Below are positions 24,301 to 37,500 of a stretch of 64,000 nucleotides of DNA, piece by piece (the first letter of the stretch is position 1; the number at the start of each line of letters is the position of its first letter). The DNA lies in assembly GCF_964355755.1 (NCBI RefSeq), contig NC_092674.1, forward strand, positions 27,218,001 to 27,282,000, read 5' to 3'. A program made the position numbers and the translations under genes. The notes below the pieces were generated by a model. The model saw only the letters and a program-made list of their open reading frames with translations. It had not been told where the DNA came from and did no database searches. This DNA is from Antedon mediterranea. Its lineage: Eukaryota; Animalia; Echinodermata.

Positions 24301-26083
24301 GTCCGAGTTTATACTCAATTAGAATAAGTCTGGTCAAATGTTAAATAAAATCAAATGCAAAATAAAACCGAAGAAAGCAAAACTCAAGCATAAAGTAGTA
24401 ACATATGCCAGAATGTTATTTTACTATACATCATAAAAAAAATAATATAAAAAATGTTACAAAAATGGTAATTTAAGCAGACATGGATTATCCTAGAATT
24501 CTCGCCTTAGTGATATATTATTAAAGCCAGTCTGCAGCACACTAGGTGCATGTGAAAGAATTGAAGTGGAATAATATGAGGGATCATCCATGTGATTAAT
24601 GAAATTACATCCAAGTTTCATGCACCTCACAAATGCAGCTGATTGAGAAAATAAACAAAGAACTGCAAAATGCAAGAATTTCATTCATTTGGTAAAAAAG
24701 AAATACAAAGAGTGTAGGATGAACTGCATGATTGAATTACAATTCCAATGACAATACATACCATATCAGTCATAAAAAATGGTATTTTTAATTATTATTT
24801 TCCCATATCCAACTGTAAAGATGTACTGTTAGTGAAACATGAATATAAAATAAACATAGAAAATGCCATTTTAAAAGTTGTTTTTATATTTTGGAAGTCT
24901 TACTGTACCTCAATTTGTAACAGAACTTAAAGATACTGTATAAAAAAAATGTCAGGTATTATAATTATTCACTTTGACAAAAAACTGGATCGAAAAAGAA
25001 ATCATTTTCCAAAAATAGTAAAATTTATACTAAATTTTTAGTATATTTTACATTATACTGTATAACATTAGGCCTAAGGAATCATGTCAAAATTATTGTA
25101 CTGCAGGTACAGAGCGGTTTACAGTAATTCAGTCATTAAATTTTTCGTTGTTTAATAACACGCCGCCATCATCTTTCGTGAAACTGATCGAGTGGTAATG
25201 TAGCATCTATTATACTGCAGTAAGCATAATTTTAATATGTTTCAATGTAGCTAGAGGTTTATGAGACAGACACTGCAATTACACAGTAGTTAATATGGTT
25301 GCAGTTAGAATCATTTTGATATGGTCCCTGTAAATTCTTTTAGTTCATATTTCACAAACAATACATCTTCTCATTATTCTGCCGTAGTACGATAATAGGA
25401 TGAAAAAAGCACAGAATAAATAATTGTTAATAACAAAATGAAGAAAAAAAAAGAAAAAATGTGAAAAGAAATAAAAAATTTAAAATTTCAGGCTGGGTGG
25501 GACTCACCAACTTTGTGTCTGTTTGTTCATCAGAATTTGCAAGTGCTTGCTATATTATAAAAATTAAATACAAAACTGCTAAACTCATACTAGTTAAGCT
25601 AACTAATAGCATTATATTATTAGTCTTTTGTAGCAATAATAATAATTAATAATATTATAGAGCCTAGCTTAGCTAGGCCTATTTGGTAAATTCCCAACCT
25701 ACTCGTCGTGTCGTGATGGATGTTTCAGTCTTCAGCTACCTAAAGTGCAGAGCACAACAAGAAGAAGGCAAGCCATCCATCATTCATAAAATGGGAAGGC
25801 TGCTAAAGGCCTAGAGTAGTATATAATAATATAATATTAGCCTACCACTGCCAGTCACACCAGGCAGGGAGGTCACACTCTGTGTGTGTAGGCTAGATAG
25901 AGTAGTTATTTTTAGGCCCCCTCTTTGTTAGCTCAGACAGTCTAGCCATGGTCCATGGAGGTATAAAATAAATACCTCCATGGTCTAGCTAGGCTGCTTT
26001 TACAGAAACATAAGCTAACATTCAATACAATGAAAAGTCAAAAACCCATAATACAAGTTAAACACTACCTTTTCTACTTCCAT
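18382..26083 (-). CDS. TMEM272-like 4-TM protein, paralog C, about 222 aa
   Basis: Exons 26069-26083 (MEVEK), 22112-22190, 21245-21355, 20722-20781, 19310-19519 and 18382-18575 splice in frame (669 nt) with the same phases as paralog A. Motifs CPAQDKIPIYLIVGG, WFIAGNVWIYG, NYCNGTLYYFSFW. Possible extra 42-nt exon at 25508-25549. Confidence 0.85.
19089..19370 (-). repeat. 95-bp tandem triplication of the exon-5 3' end and its splice donor
   Basis: The donor-containing unit recurs with the exon-end base at 19310, 19215 and 19120. Confidence 0.9.
22506..22661. mobile_element. MITE family 2 (PIF/Harbinger-like)
   Basis: AAGCTCTGTCTACACTA...TAGTG(T)AGACAGAGCT inverted ends. Copies at about 18625-18732, 24180-24300, 28063-28205, 31990-32102 and 33176-33339. 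Confidence 0.75.
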
Positions 26084-26670
26084 TTCTCAAATGTTATAAA
26101 GTCTTTAGTTTAGGAGGAATAATAAAGGTGCGCCGCCTCTTTTTTTGTTGTTGTTCTCTGCTGCACCACTGCTGTGTTTTGTGTCGTACTTAGTTATGCA
26201 TGACTGCTTTTTGATCTCGTGTGTGTGTGTAAACGCGACGTAAGAATAGTACAACTCTAGAGGGCGATATGTACGTAATTTCTTCAAAAGAAGTAAGATT
26301 TCAAACGTAAAAGCATTTAAAAATGTATGATCAAACACAATGAGATAAATAACTGACATACACTTACTAAACAGTGTGTATTTATTCTTTAAAAATGTCT
26401 AAAATCTAAACAAAAAACTATACATTGTAACAACCAACACACTGGTAGTGTATCAGCATTGTATTATTAATATTGCAGTATGAGTATGGAATCCGGAATA
26501 AAAAAATCAGGCATTTTGTTAAAATAGAATACACAGAATAATGTATAGATCTTGGATGGTCCAAAAAATGAAAGAAGCCCGCCCTCAATTCCTAGAATTG
26601 AACACGCATTAATATTCTGCAAACATGTCTTCATTACATACAAAAATTTAGGAATGTTATTACGTCTATG

Positions 26671-29504
26671 TCACCTCTTATGAGGTACGGTAGACGAAAC
26701 GACTTTACTCCGTACTGCTTTTACATCGGTTCTTTCCGTCTTTTGCGCCGTGACTATAGCCGATTTTAACCTTGATTTACCGCTTATTTTTTTACGAAGC
26801 TCTTCCATTTCTTCAAGTTTTCTTTTCTCATTTCTTTCTTCCATGTTTTTTAAAAGTTTCTTTTTTAATTTCAACTCTCTTCGTTTCAACTCTCTTACTT
26901 TACGTTCCTCCTGTTTTTTTTTCTTTCGCTCATCATCTAGTTTCTTTTTCTTCTCTTTTTCAATTTGTTTTATCCTCTCATTTTGAAGTTCTGTTACTTT
27001 CCTTTGAACTTCCTCCTGCTGTTTTATTTTCTAGGTAGAAAAAAATGAAATACAAAAATAAATTAATGTTAAACAGTTCCTGGTTGCATGAATTTTTTTC
27101 CAAATACCTTAGATTGCAAGATAGCTGACTTTTCCTAAATAACTGAACCTAACCCTCTAAGATGCTTAAGATAACTTAACAGCAAGAAGGACTAATATAA
27201 GGTGTCCTGCAGGAAGTTGACATCAAAAATAGGTTGCTGGATACAATTAATCATCACGCACTTAGCTACACAACTGTCTTGAAAAGGTGATAATGCAGGG
27301 AAAATTGAGGGGTCAAGGAAACCAGGTCGACCAAAAGCAAGATGGACAGATAGAATTAAGGCCCTTGTTGGACATCCTCTGCCGGTTGTTTACCAACTAG
27401 CTGCTGATCGTAAACAGTGGAATACTATCATGAGAGTCACGAATGACCCTCTAAGTAATCTCTCTCTCTATATAAAAATGTTTTTATCCAATATGATGAA
27501 GAGATGTCAAATAAATGAAAGAAATAGATGAGGTGTACCGCAAAACTTTATATCAACATTTGATTTCACCATGCAAGTCTTCAAAACAATATAATACTGT
27601 ATATTCATAATCTGCTCCCGAAAATGGGATGCCCTCTCTAAGATTTTTAGAGGAAGTTTTTTGGAAAAGAAATGTTGCTTCCTGATTATCCCACCTAAAA
27701 TCATTTGCACCAAAAGTTATAAAATTTGTGGATTAGAGAATGTGTTTAACCTTACCTTTATTCGGCAAAATAATTCTGTTAATAAACGAATTGATTCCAA
27801 TTTTCTCTGAGCTAACAGCAGTTTTCTCTCTTCCATTGCAATCTTCCGCTGCAACTCGGCTTCAGCTTGGAGTCGCTTCTTTTCGTCCTTTCTTATTCTT
27901 CTACGCGCTTCACGTTTTTCAAGCCGGCTCATTTTTCTCATGGCTTTCTGAACTTTCCGTCTCTGTTTCTCCCGTCCCTCCTCTTCTTTCTTTCTCCTTC
28001 AAAAAAAAAGTTTCATATAATTTAAATTTATTAAATTCCAAGCAGAGTTAAATAACATACTATAAAGCTCTGTCTACACTATCAAACTAACTGTGATCAG
28101 CCCAAATACGGTAGTGATATACCCAAATATGGTAGTGATATGATGTCATCATGTCCATATATATTTTTTTGTCACATAAAGTATGACAGCGTAGACAGAG
28201 CTTTAGTTATAACTTTAAAAATGGTTAATTAAGAGTAGAGAAGGCTACTGCAAAAGTCAACCCCAAACTTTATAAATGTCTACTAGTCCATGTAAACAGT
28301 ATTAAATAAGTACTACAAATACCTTTCTTCTTCTACTCTTTGTTCCTCTGCTTCTCTTTCTTTTTTCTTTTGTTCTTCCCTTTCTCTTTCAAGTTGTATG
28401 AGCCTTTCTCTCTCTTTATTTCTTTTCCGTATTGATTTTGCACTCATGTGTTTTGTTTTATCAAAATCAACCTACATAAAATTACAAATATTAATTATGG
28501 ATGGGAGTCTCTTCCTTCCTCACAATTTGAATAACAATCATTATTTTTATCACATCATTATTATCATCATTAAAATGAAATTAAAAATAATATTAATTTA
28601 TTATGTTGTAAAGGCTGGGGAGTTTCTTCTTTTCTCAAGTCAGCAGCAACCTCAGTCCTAGTCAATTCATTTGCAATCAACACATTTCGCTCTTCCCTAC
28701 CCCAACAATCGTTAATTTTAATCACATCATTATTGTTATTACCTTATAATCCACAGTGTATGCCTTGCCATCATCTTTCCTCATCAACTTCATTCCTTTT
28801 AATGAATCCATTGCTTTTACAAAACCTATATATTCTGTAAACTGTATATAAGCACTGAAAGTAATATTACCACCAAAGTTGAAGTTTCCAAATTTTCCTC
28901 CAGTTATTTGATTTTCGTGTCGATACGAGTCTAAAATTGGTATATCAACGTTACGCAGCTCACCGTATTGTTCAAAGATTTTACGAATAATAAACTCACT
29001 TGGATTGTCCGGGTCCTTTTTCGTGGAAAACCATTTACCAGGAAGGTTTTCCAGATGTATCGTGTCGGGTCTTTCACCCGGATTACACTCATTCATGTGT
29101 TGAGCGTCGCGGAAGAAAGAGTCCCAGTCGTGACGTGTTGGGTGAGCAATCTTAGCTTCCGCTGCTCGAACCTTTAGCAGTTCTGTGAAACCGGATAGCT
29201 TGATGTTTTTGCTGTCAAGACGAAGCATTAAAACTTTTAACAGAGCTTTTGTTTCAACTTCAGCCTCGAAGCGAATAAAATCAAAAGAGCTTTGTTTTAC
29301 ACGCAGGATAATGAATTGATCTGGGTGTATCATGTTCTTTAGCTTCTCCATCACTTCCCAGTTACTGATCGACTTGCCTGGTGTCTTAAGTTGTGGCAGG
29401 GTCACTGAAATGCTCATCTTTGCAATGGGTTTTAGGTAGAGCTTCTGAGGCTCAAATAATTCTATGGCTTCGGAGGTATCATTGCATAAGGTCGTGGAAG
29501 CCAT
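26671..29504 (-). CDS. AKAP17A: A-kinase anchor protein 17A (XE7/SFRS17A splicing regulator), about 503 aa
   Basis: Conserved LYLKPIAKMSISVTLPQLKTPGKSISNWEVMEKLK, HDWDSFFRDA, PGERPDTIHL, VDFDKTKH and RKLESIRLL. Exons 28743-29504, 28323-28471, 27756-27996 and 26671-27030 total 1512 nt in frame. Confidence 0.93.
27180..27445 (+). mobile_element. RTE-clade LINE 3' fragment in an AKAP17A intron
   Basis: Degenerate RRTN..VLQEV..RLLDTI...LEKVIMQGKIEG.RKPGRPKARWTDRIK...AADRKQW. Confidence 0.75.
28063..28205. mobile_element. MITE family 2 copy
   Basis: TAAAGCTCTGTCTACAC...GTAGACAGAGCTTTA with TAA/TTA flanks. Confidence 0.8.
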
Positions 29505-30789
29505 GTTGTTATAAATGTTAGCATCACTTTCACAACATAACCTCTCCTTAATTAGTTACACACAAAATCTGAAAATAAAATAAACCAATAATTGTATGTT
29601 AAAGGCTAAATGTGACGGTAGAGCATGTTTTACGATAGCTTTTTTAATCTGAATCTAATCTTCCTACTACACTGTACGCCTGGCTTATTAATATTATAAA
29701 AATGCACAATACTGTAATGAAGTTGAGCATCAGAGGCAAACCTAGCCTAGCAAGATATAGTAGCATAAATAATACTCGGTCCTAAGGGTTTCATTTCATC
29801 TTGATATCGAGACTGACACCACACAGTGACATGGGGAAGGGGAGGGGAGATACACGGATTACACTTTTTTGACTTGGCTATCTACATTACATCTCCTAGT
29901 CCTAGCTAGTCACTCTAAAAGATTAGGATAATGCTAAGTAAAAGAACCCATATACACTTGCTAGCCTACTGCTTAAATTTGGATTTGGGCCTAGCCTAGG
30001 CCTACCAGTTTATTGTTTATGCAATGCCCACTCAGCAGACAGTGGCAATATGCCTGGCCGACCGTGCCCGATTGTCTGATTAAAGTAGGCCTAGCCTTTA
30101 TATTTAATGTCAAATATATGATAATGTACACAAATGTCCATATAATTTACCAGAAATTAGAACTAAAATAAACTGTACATAATGTTGAATTCTAATAATG
30201 TTAATAACATCAATAAAAACAACTTTAAACGACTTGTTTTCACGTTTCCCCTTTGTTGTTAATTTTGTCGTCCCATATTCGATTTCTCGTGTTCTTCTTC
30301 GGTGGTGTGTGCCGCCCTCATTCAAAATAGTTGTCATCAAAGAACTTTGGTACCAATTGAAGTAATGAGCATGGATGGATGATAAAAGTTATAATTACGG
30401 ATTAAAGTTTTAAGCCCGAGCGAGAGAAGAAAGCCACATAATCATAATTGAGTTAAATGTTAATAGCTTTTGTTGTTACATTGTCACCCTATTGTTTTAG
30501 CAAGTGGATCAGAGAAACTTAGAAACATGTACTAGGCCTATACAAAATAATAAATTGGTATTTAAACTTGATATCTAAGTTCAGTTGAATATTATATTTT
30601 GTTTTCGTTTTTGTCTTGTTTGTAAGATGACTAAACATAAATGTCATTGTTTAATTCAATTGTTACACTGTGTGTACATTACCGCGGATAACCCTAACCG
30701 TGACTGCGGCCTTTTGTTTACCGTAGTGTTTATGTTCAGTTCTTTTCAAGTACTACCATTTCACCAGTAACTGTAAATGTATTGAATAT

Positions 30790-31526
30790 ACTTTTCAACA
30801 TTTATAGGTCGGAAAAACTTCTTACCAGTACCATAGAATTACAATATTGTTATGGTGGCCTATTATGTTTTTTCGTGTGCGTAAGCAGAGTAGGCTTATT
30901 ACCCAAAGTCCAATATAAACAAAATGATTTGAGCAAATTTACTTTGTAAACACGTTGAACGTTGTACTACTTATTCTTATTTAGTAATGTTTAGTACAAA
31001 TAATGGCGGGTCCTAAATAGACGGCCGATTCGTAACAGGTTGTCACATCCTATATGGGTCTAGGGTTTTTATATATACTGTTGGAAATCCCATGGTTTTG
31101 TTGTTGTTATTAAACATTGTATTATTAATTGCCTATAAAAGCGTGTCGAATACAAACATGTTTTGTTCGTCTTATCATTTTTGATTGGCTAATTGTTGTA
31201 TTATGTTGTAACATTGTGATATTATATGTCATGCTATATTTAGTTCTCTATTCACCTGATGAGTTTTGTCGTTTTAATAAATCAGTCGTTTTAATAAATC
31301 GAGGCAGTTTTAATTACCTATAGCCTATAATTATAATGTTAACATTTTAAACCGGAGAGACGAAGTGGGAACGTGGAGTAGACAGTCCAACCTGTGGCTC
31401 TGCTCATAGTGTAACTAAAATAAGGAACGGAGGTTGGGGAATTTTTTTTGAAAGAGAAGGAGGCATAGAGTGTTTATTTTGTCGATCATTTCCTCATTCT
31501 TCACAGTTGTGAACGGGTCAGCAAAG
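30790..31526 (+). promoter_or_regulatory. Upstream / 5' UTR region of Mesh-like copy 1, homologous to 49640-50339
   Basis: Blocks shared by both copies: GCGTAAGCAGA.TAGGC, TTGAACGTTGTACTA, TTTGTTCGTCTTA, TTTGATTGG (reverse CCAAT), TTCACCTGATGA, TAACTAAAATAAGGAACG, TTTTGTCGATCATTTCCTCATTCTTCACAG. Confidence 0.55.
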
Positions 31527-34500
31527 ATGTCACTGTGTATTGTCTTCATTATTGTTACTGGATTGTCTGTGTGCCATAGTCAGAGTAAGTAAATTACATT
31601 TCTAATTAAAATAACATATATAAGGACTATAAAAGTGTTCAAAAATAGAATAGCCATGATCATCATCGTTATTCAGAGAGGTTTTCCTGCTGTTTTAATT
31701 TACAAGGCGTTATGGTCATTCATACCACTATAGCCTAATTCATAAGAACAAATATTATACTACAGGTACGTAAAGTAAAGCAGCATAATTTGATTTAAAC
31801 ATTTTAAATATTAAAGCCTATTGAAATAAGGATAAATAGTACGTATCGTACCATGGTACCAACTTTTAAAGCGGACTCATTAAAACAATACGAAATACAT
31901 AATCTGTCAGAGTAAATAGGACCCCCATGTATAGAAGTGTTTATGAATTCTTTTAGGCCTATTTCTTCTTTTATTTACAATAAAATCAAATTATCAAACT
32001 TTATGTGATGTGCCCATGGATACGATGACATCATACCACTACCATATTTGGGCACATTACATTTTTTTTTCTAACTAGTTTCATAGTGTAGACAGAACTT
32101 TAGGCTTACTCAACACCAATGAGAAAACAATTCTTATAGGTACTCCTGATTTTAATATCATTTCGTTTGAAAGATGTTGTTAAGAATGAATAGGTCTACA
32201 CTGACTACGGAGGAAAAATAACTAATTAACTTCCTCCTTGCAAAGAGTACGGTACACTACAACAGTGTACGTATAGGCCTACTGTATATATTTCCAGGGA
32301 GATGTAAAATAAATCTCCCCAATATTTCCTGATTAGTTTTTTTTAATGGAACCCACGGTACTACGTAAATAATTTTAATGGAAACTATATATGACACGCC
32401 ACGCTCCACCTGTCTACATTTAGATTTGTTAGTCCCGTTTGGCTCATTCACTTCGACTGTACTCTGTATACTATTTTACTGTGTGTACTTTTTTGTGGAC
32501 TATCAGGTGCTTGAAAGCGGCTGGTTGATTGACAGATAAAAAAGGGCAAAATGTTCCCTGTGAGTGGACAAGGTACTCCAACCTCTTCCCGTCTCTGTAA
32601 ACTGTGATAGCTTAATATTACTCTAAAGGTGATTTTGCCATTTCCCACTATTACAATATAGGCCTACACGGTGTTTATTTGGGTATCTTCGGGGGACTCA
32701 ACAAAGTAAGTCCTTACAGAGGTATCCCCTCTGAATAAGGATTAATTGATTGTTGTGTTATGATTATCATTTCCCCTGTCTTTTAATATGGGGGTGTCCC
32801 AAAGGAACAGGTAAAAACCCCGAGTAAAAATAAAATAGGCCTTGCTCGTTTATAATACCCCCCGGAAAGTATTCCTTTAAATCGAGTAACAAGAAACAAT
32901 TGCAATTTCTTGACTGGAGCTAAATGTACGGTTTAAATTTCGCTACCGTACACCTCGGATGATTGATAAAATTTCGTACAAAAAAACTGACGTTCAAAAG
33001 TTATGTAATGTGGCCATTGGTTTTCCCTCCTGTATTGAAATACCAATATGATTACAACTTTATCACAAAATTACGTTTTTTTCGCTCTGAAAAAGTAAAA
33101 AGTGGTAAAGTTTGTTGAAATAGGACTAGGCCTACACACTACCGTACACCTTTCGTGATTTCCGAACGACGTTTCTAAAGCTCTGTCACGTCTACACTAT
33201 CAAACCGTCTAGTTTGACCAAAAAAGCCCAAATATGGTGGTGATATGCTTAAATATCGTAGTGATATGACATCATCATGTCCATATATGGGCACATCATT
33301 TTTTTGTCACACTATTCATATATTGTAGACAAGGCTTAACAACTCGCCTTAAGTTGTGATATGGTCATTGACACCCCTTCATCTTGTATTATATAACGTT
33401 TTTTTTGCTTTTATAGGGGTACCGTAACATTTACCAGTATCATAGGGAAATTCCTTGACACATCATCACATATGAAATTATTTTAGAGAACGTCCTTTAT
33501 CTAACCCTTAAACTTTCCATTATACAGACATCACAATCATGTAATACACATGGGATGCTGTATTACGCAATTTTCCTGTGATATTGGAGAAATATTGTCA
33601 TATGTCAGCGAGATACCAGCACTGGGTGATTTGCAATGTCGCTACCGTACATATTCAGTTCGTTTTGGTTCATATAACATTTGCATTTACAAAGCTTCGA
33701 GCTGGCACAATGCCACTTGGTGTTCACACAGTGGGCTATATAATTAAGTTGTACGCTATTGTTTATTTGGTCGAAATTGGTCATTTAAGCGTGTATACAC
33801 AACAATGTTAAATTACTTACTAAAATCAATTTCGAAATGTCCCTTATTTAATTTTCAAACAATTCTATGGAGCAAAAATCATTTCTTATTCAAACTATTA
33901 GGGCCTAGGCCTATATACGATTTTGTTATGGAGTGGAATGAGGAAATATATGTATTTGTTTTGTATTGTGGAAAAATATATGATATCTATAGCGTGTAAT
34001 CAATTAAAATTCGGTTGGCTAACATAGCAGTTATATATTTTATGGTGGTTCATTTTCCATTAACCAGATTCTACAGCTGTCATGAAATACTATATAACTT
34101 ACTATCGACAGTCAGCTATAAATTGCATGCAGATAGAACCTACTGACGACAGAGATAACCATATTAAATAGTATTTAACGTTCTAGTTGACTGTCTATAG
34201 CCAGTTAGATGGTATCTAATGACACCTACAAAATCCACCATCGGATGTCCACATTTCCCTCATCATCCTAGTCGCATAAATGTTTTTAATTTAATATACA
34301 TTTTTGGTTTTGTCAGATGTTGAGGGATTAACGGATTCAGAATTAGATATAGTGGTGGAATTTGTAAAGTCACACGAAACGTTTCAGCAAATGTCTTCGA
34401 CAAATAGTGTTGGAACAAGGATTGTGGGATATTCATTTCAAATGGATAGCGATGGTAGATTAATATTTAATGGACTATTTACTGGAATACTTGACTTTGA

Positions 34501-37500
34501 AAGGGTGAGAGATGGACTTGACAGCATTACAGAACAACAAGCGACTCAATTGCTAAAGGTATAATTTTAAAATCGAAACAATTAAAATCTATTTTTTACT
34601 ATAATAGACTGTTAAACAAAAGCTAGCTAGCAAATAAATTAAGGGATGACTAAAAAGTTAATTAACTAAAGGCCTAGACAATGTTTGGCTGGAACGATAA
34701 AATAATAGTAGTTTTCGATTTGTGCGCATGCGGGGAAGTTGTGAGGCTCTTTCTCACTACACTCCTTATTAGCACAATTTAATCTATCAACGTCCAAGAT
34801 GACGACATTAACAAATATCTAAAACTATGCGTATATAAGGCCATATATTACAACATCACATTCAAATATAGTTAGAACTAGAATTCACCAGGTAGGGGAT
34901 ACAAGTTGGCGTAGGTAGTGACCCGATCGGTCCCAGCGTTTAGAAACCTTAGCCAACAAAAAAGATGTGGCTGCTTCAGGGAAGGCCCACTTCTTGAGAA
35001 AATCGCTTCTGAAGAACCCAGTCAGCCCATGATGAATGGGTTCTTTTGAAGCGATTAAAAATTGTTTCATTGTCCAAACAAATATCTTGCAGCATTTTAC
35101 CTTCAGTTTTTCAACTACATTGCATTATTTAATTCCCAAAATGTTTTACAGGAAGATTTAAGGAATATAGTGCAGGCGCTTGATGCAGAATTTGGATCAT
35201 TCGCAAGCTACTCGTTTGACGTAAAGAAAGGTCTGGTTGATGCCGAGTTCTCGAATATTTTATCCGATGAATTAAGGTCATACCTGATAGCAGCGCCGAG
35301 ATGGCAAAGAATTTGCTTTGCTATAATAACATCTACAGAAGGTAAATGATTATACTTTTGTTATAATGTAATGCGTGAATTAATGCATAAATACAGGATA
35401 TATTATTGTGTTCATTGTGGTACGCGCAGGAGTGTACGCTATATTAATTTAAGATTTGTTTGTTTGTTTCATTTATTTATTTTCCACACATTGAACAAAA
35501 AAGAACATATTTAAACTTCTAGAAAGAAAAGAAGACAATGTGTGAAAGGAGATCAAAATAAGTAAAACTTACTATAAAGTATGAATGAACTTGAATAATT
35601 GTCGTTATTTTAGTACTTGCCGTTAGAATCTTATTGACTAACAACATCGCTATTAATCAGAATAGTTCCTAACTAGTACAGATAGTAACTTAATTAAACC
35701 TACTGTGTTGAGCCAAGGTCAATAAAATTACATTTTTTGCCCATGGTTGAGCTATATTATATTTAAATTCTTTATCATTTTCAATAATTAAAAAAAAAAC
35801 AGCGCCGTCTTCCGTTCCTTGAAAACATGGTGTTAAGATACAGGTGTCTCTGCCTTAAGTTGACATATCACGTGGTCACATGATGTTCACCCATTAGGTA
35901 GGCCTATATTTGTTCATTTCAGGTGATGATACTCGAAGGTTTGACGACTGTAGGAGTATCTGTCCAGTACCTACTCCTTTTATTCGCGATAATGCAGTGT
36001 ACGACGCTTGTACGGCGGAACGTAAGTTTTTAGAATCTTTCTGAAGATATCAAGAAAGCGAGAAAAAACTGTTTTCTTCGACTTTTATAAAATATAGAGA
36101 TTCTAAGCTTCCTCCTTACCCCCATCTTTCATCTGGATTGATTATTGAACAATAACAAATCAGAAAATCAGCGCCACCCATTGATCAATCAAATATTTTC
36201 GACGACACTTTCGTGAAACACTGAGTAATACTCATCAGATTCTGGAAAATAATTACCAAATTTACCAAAACTTCGAATTCTCCGTCCGTGTTCTGTCTCT
36301 ATTTGGAGATATAAGAAACATTTTATCTGGAAATATTTTGGGTCTTGTGTATAAAAATTGCATTGTTAACGTTGATCAATTGCATTTTTCTAAAATAAAC
36401 GGCGTAAACAGTTTATAGCTCGGCGATGTGAACGTGGTATAAAAGAGGTATAAGTCTGAATTATTATCTTTATTAATTTTTATAGAAGTAATGTTTCCAT
36501 ATGGTGTTGATTTCAACGACGAAATTGGACCGGTGAATGATGATGGATCTTCGGGCAGGATCGATCTATTGACGTTCTTTCCGTTTTACGATGAGCTGCA
36601 CGAATCACTTTTTGTACGTAAACGGTTTTCAGAATTGAAATGAATACACCCTTATTATTCATCGTATTAATTAAAGATGTATTGTCAAGTCAAGTATATT
36701 TCAAGTAAACATTATAAAAAACATTTACATTGAAATGAATTTGAAAGGTTTCGGCTAACAACATAGAACTTAAACTACAAATAATGAAAAATTAAGATTA
36801 ATTAGGCCTAAATCAGATTTGTAATTGGTTATTGTGTAGTTTTAATAAAGTTAATCACCTCCGTAGAAAAAAACGGAAAAAAATAATGCTTCCACTTATA
36901 AAATGACAAAATAAATGGTTAAATTCAACCAATTGGCTGGCAACCAATTTGACTATTTTTGCTTTCAATTACAGTTTCTTCAGGTAAATATTTTTTTTTG
37001 GATCCAATTTTTGATCAAAATGGAATATTCAACAAAAAATGTTTTAATAATTATTTTTGTCAGAGTAACAATACATCTTTAGCAAGATAAATGTGTTTTA
37101 TAATTATGTAGCCTATCGTAAAATGTATTCAACATGAAACAATGAACTAACAATAATTATAGGGCATACACACATTTAAACAAATCTTTGTACATTAATT
37201 TACACTGGACTTTTTTTTAATATATATAATAGGTGAACACAAATGGGATAATTTCATTTGATGAGGAAGAGGCGACATATACATCGCAACCCTTTCCCCT
37301 AACATCGGACCAAGGGAGTGGAGGATCTTCTGTTGATGAACATACATCACTCATTGCACCGTTTTGGGCTGATGTTGATACAACTGAAGGTGGTACCATT
37401 TACTACCGACAAATGACAAGGCGTGACGATGAATCCCTAGCTGCCGCCGTCGATGAGATCGTAAACGAACATGTTATGTATTCTGGAGACGCATTTCAGT

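Noticed and set aside
34317-35341. Prophage or bacterial contamination as the source of the lysozyme-like sequence
   Set aside because: The domain is split by GT-AG introns in phase with the host exons, is present in both paralogs, and has no phage genes nearby.
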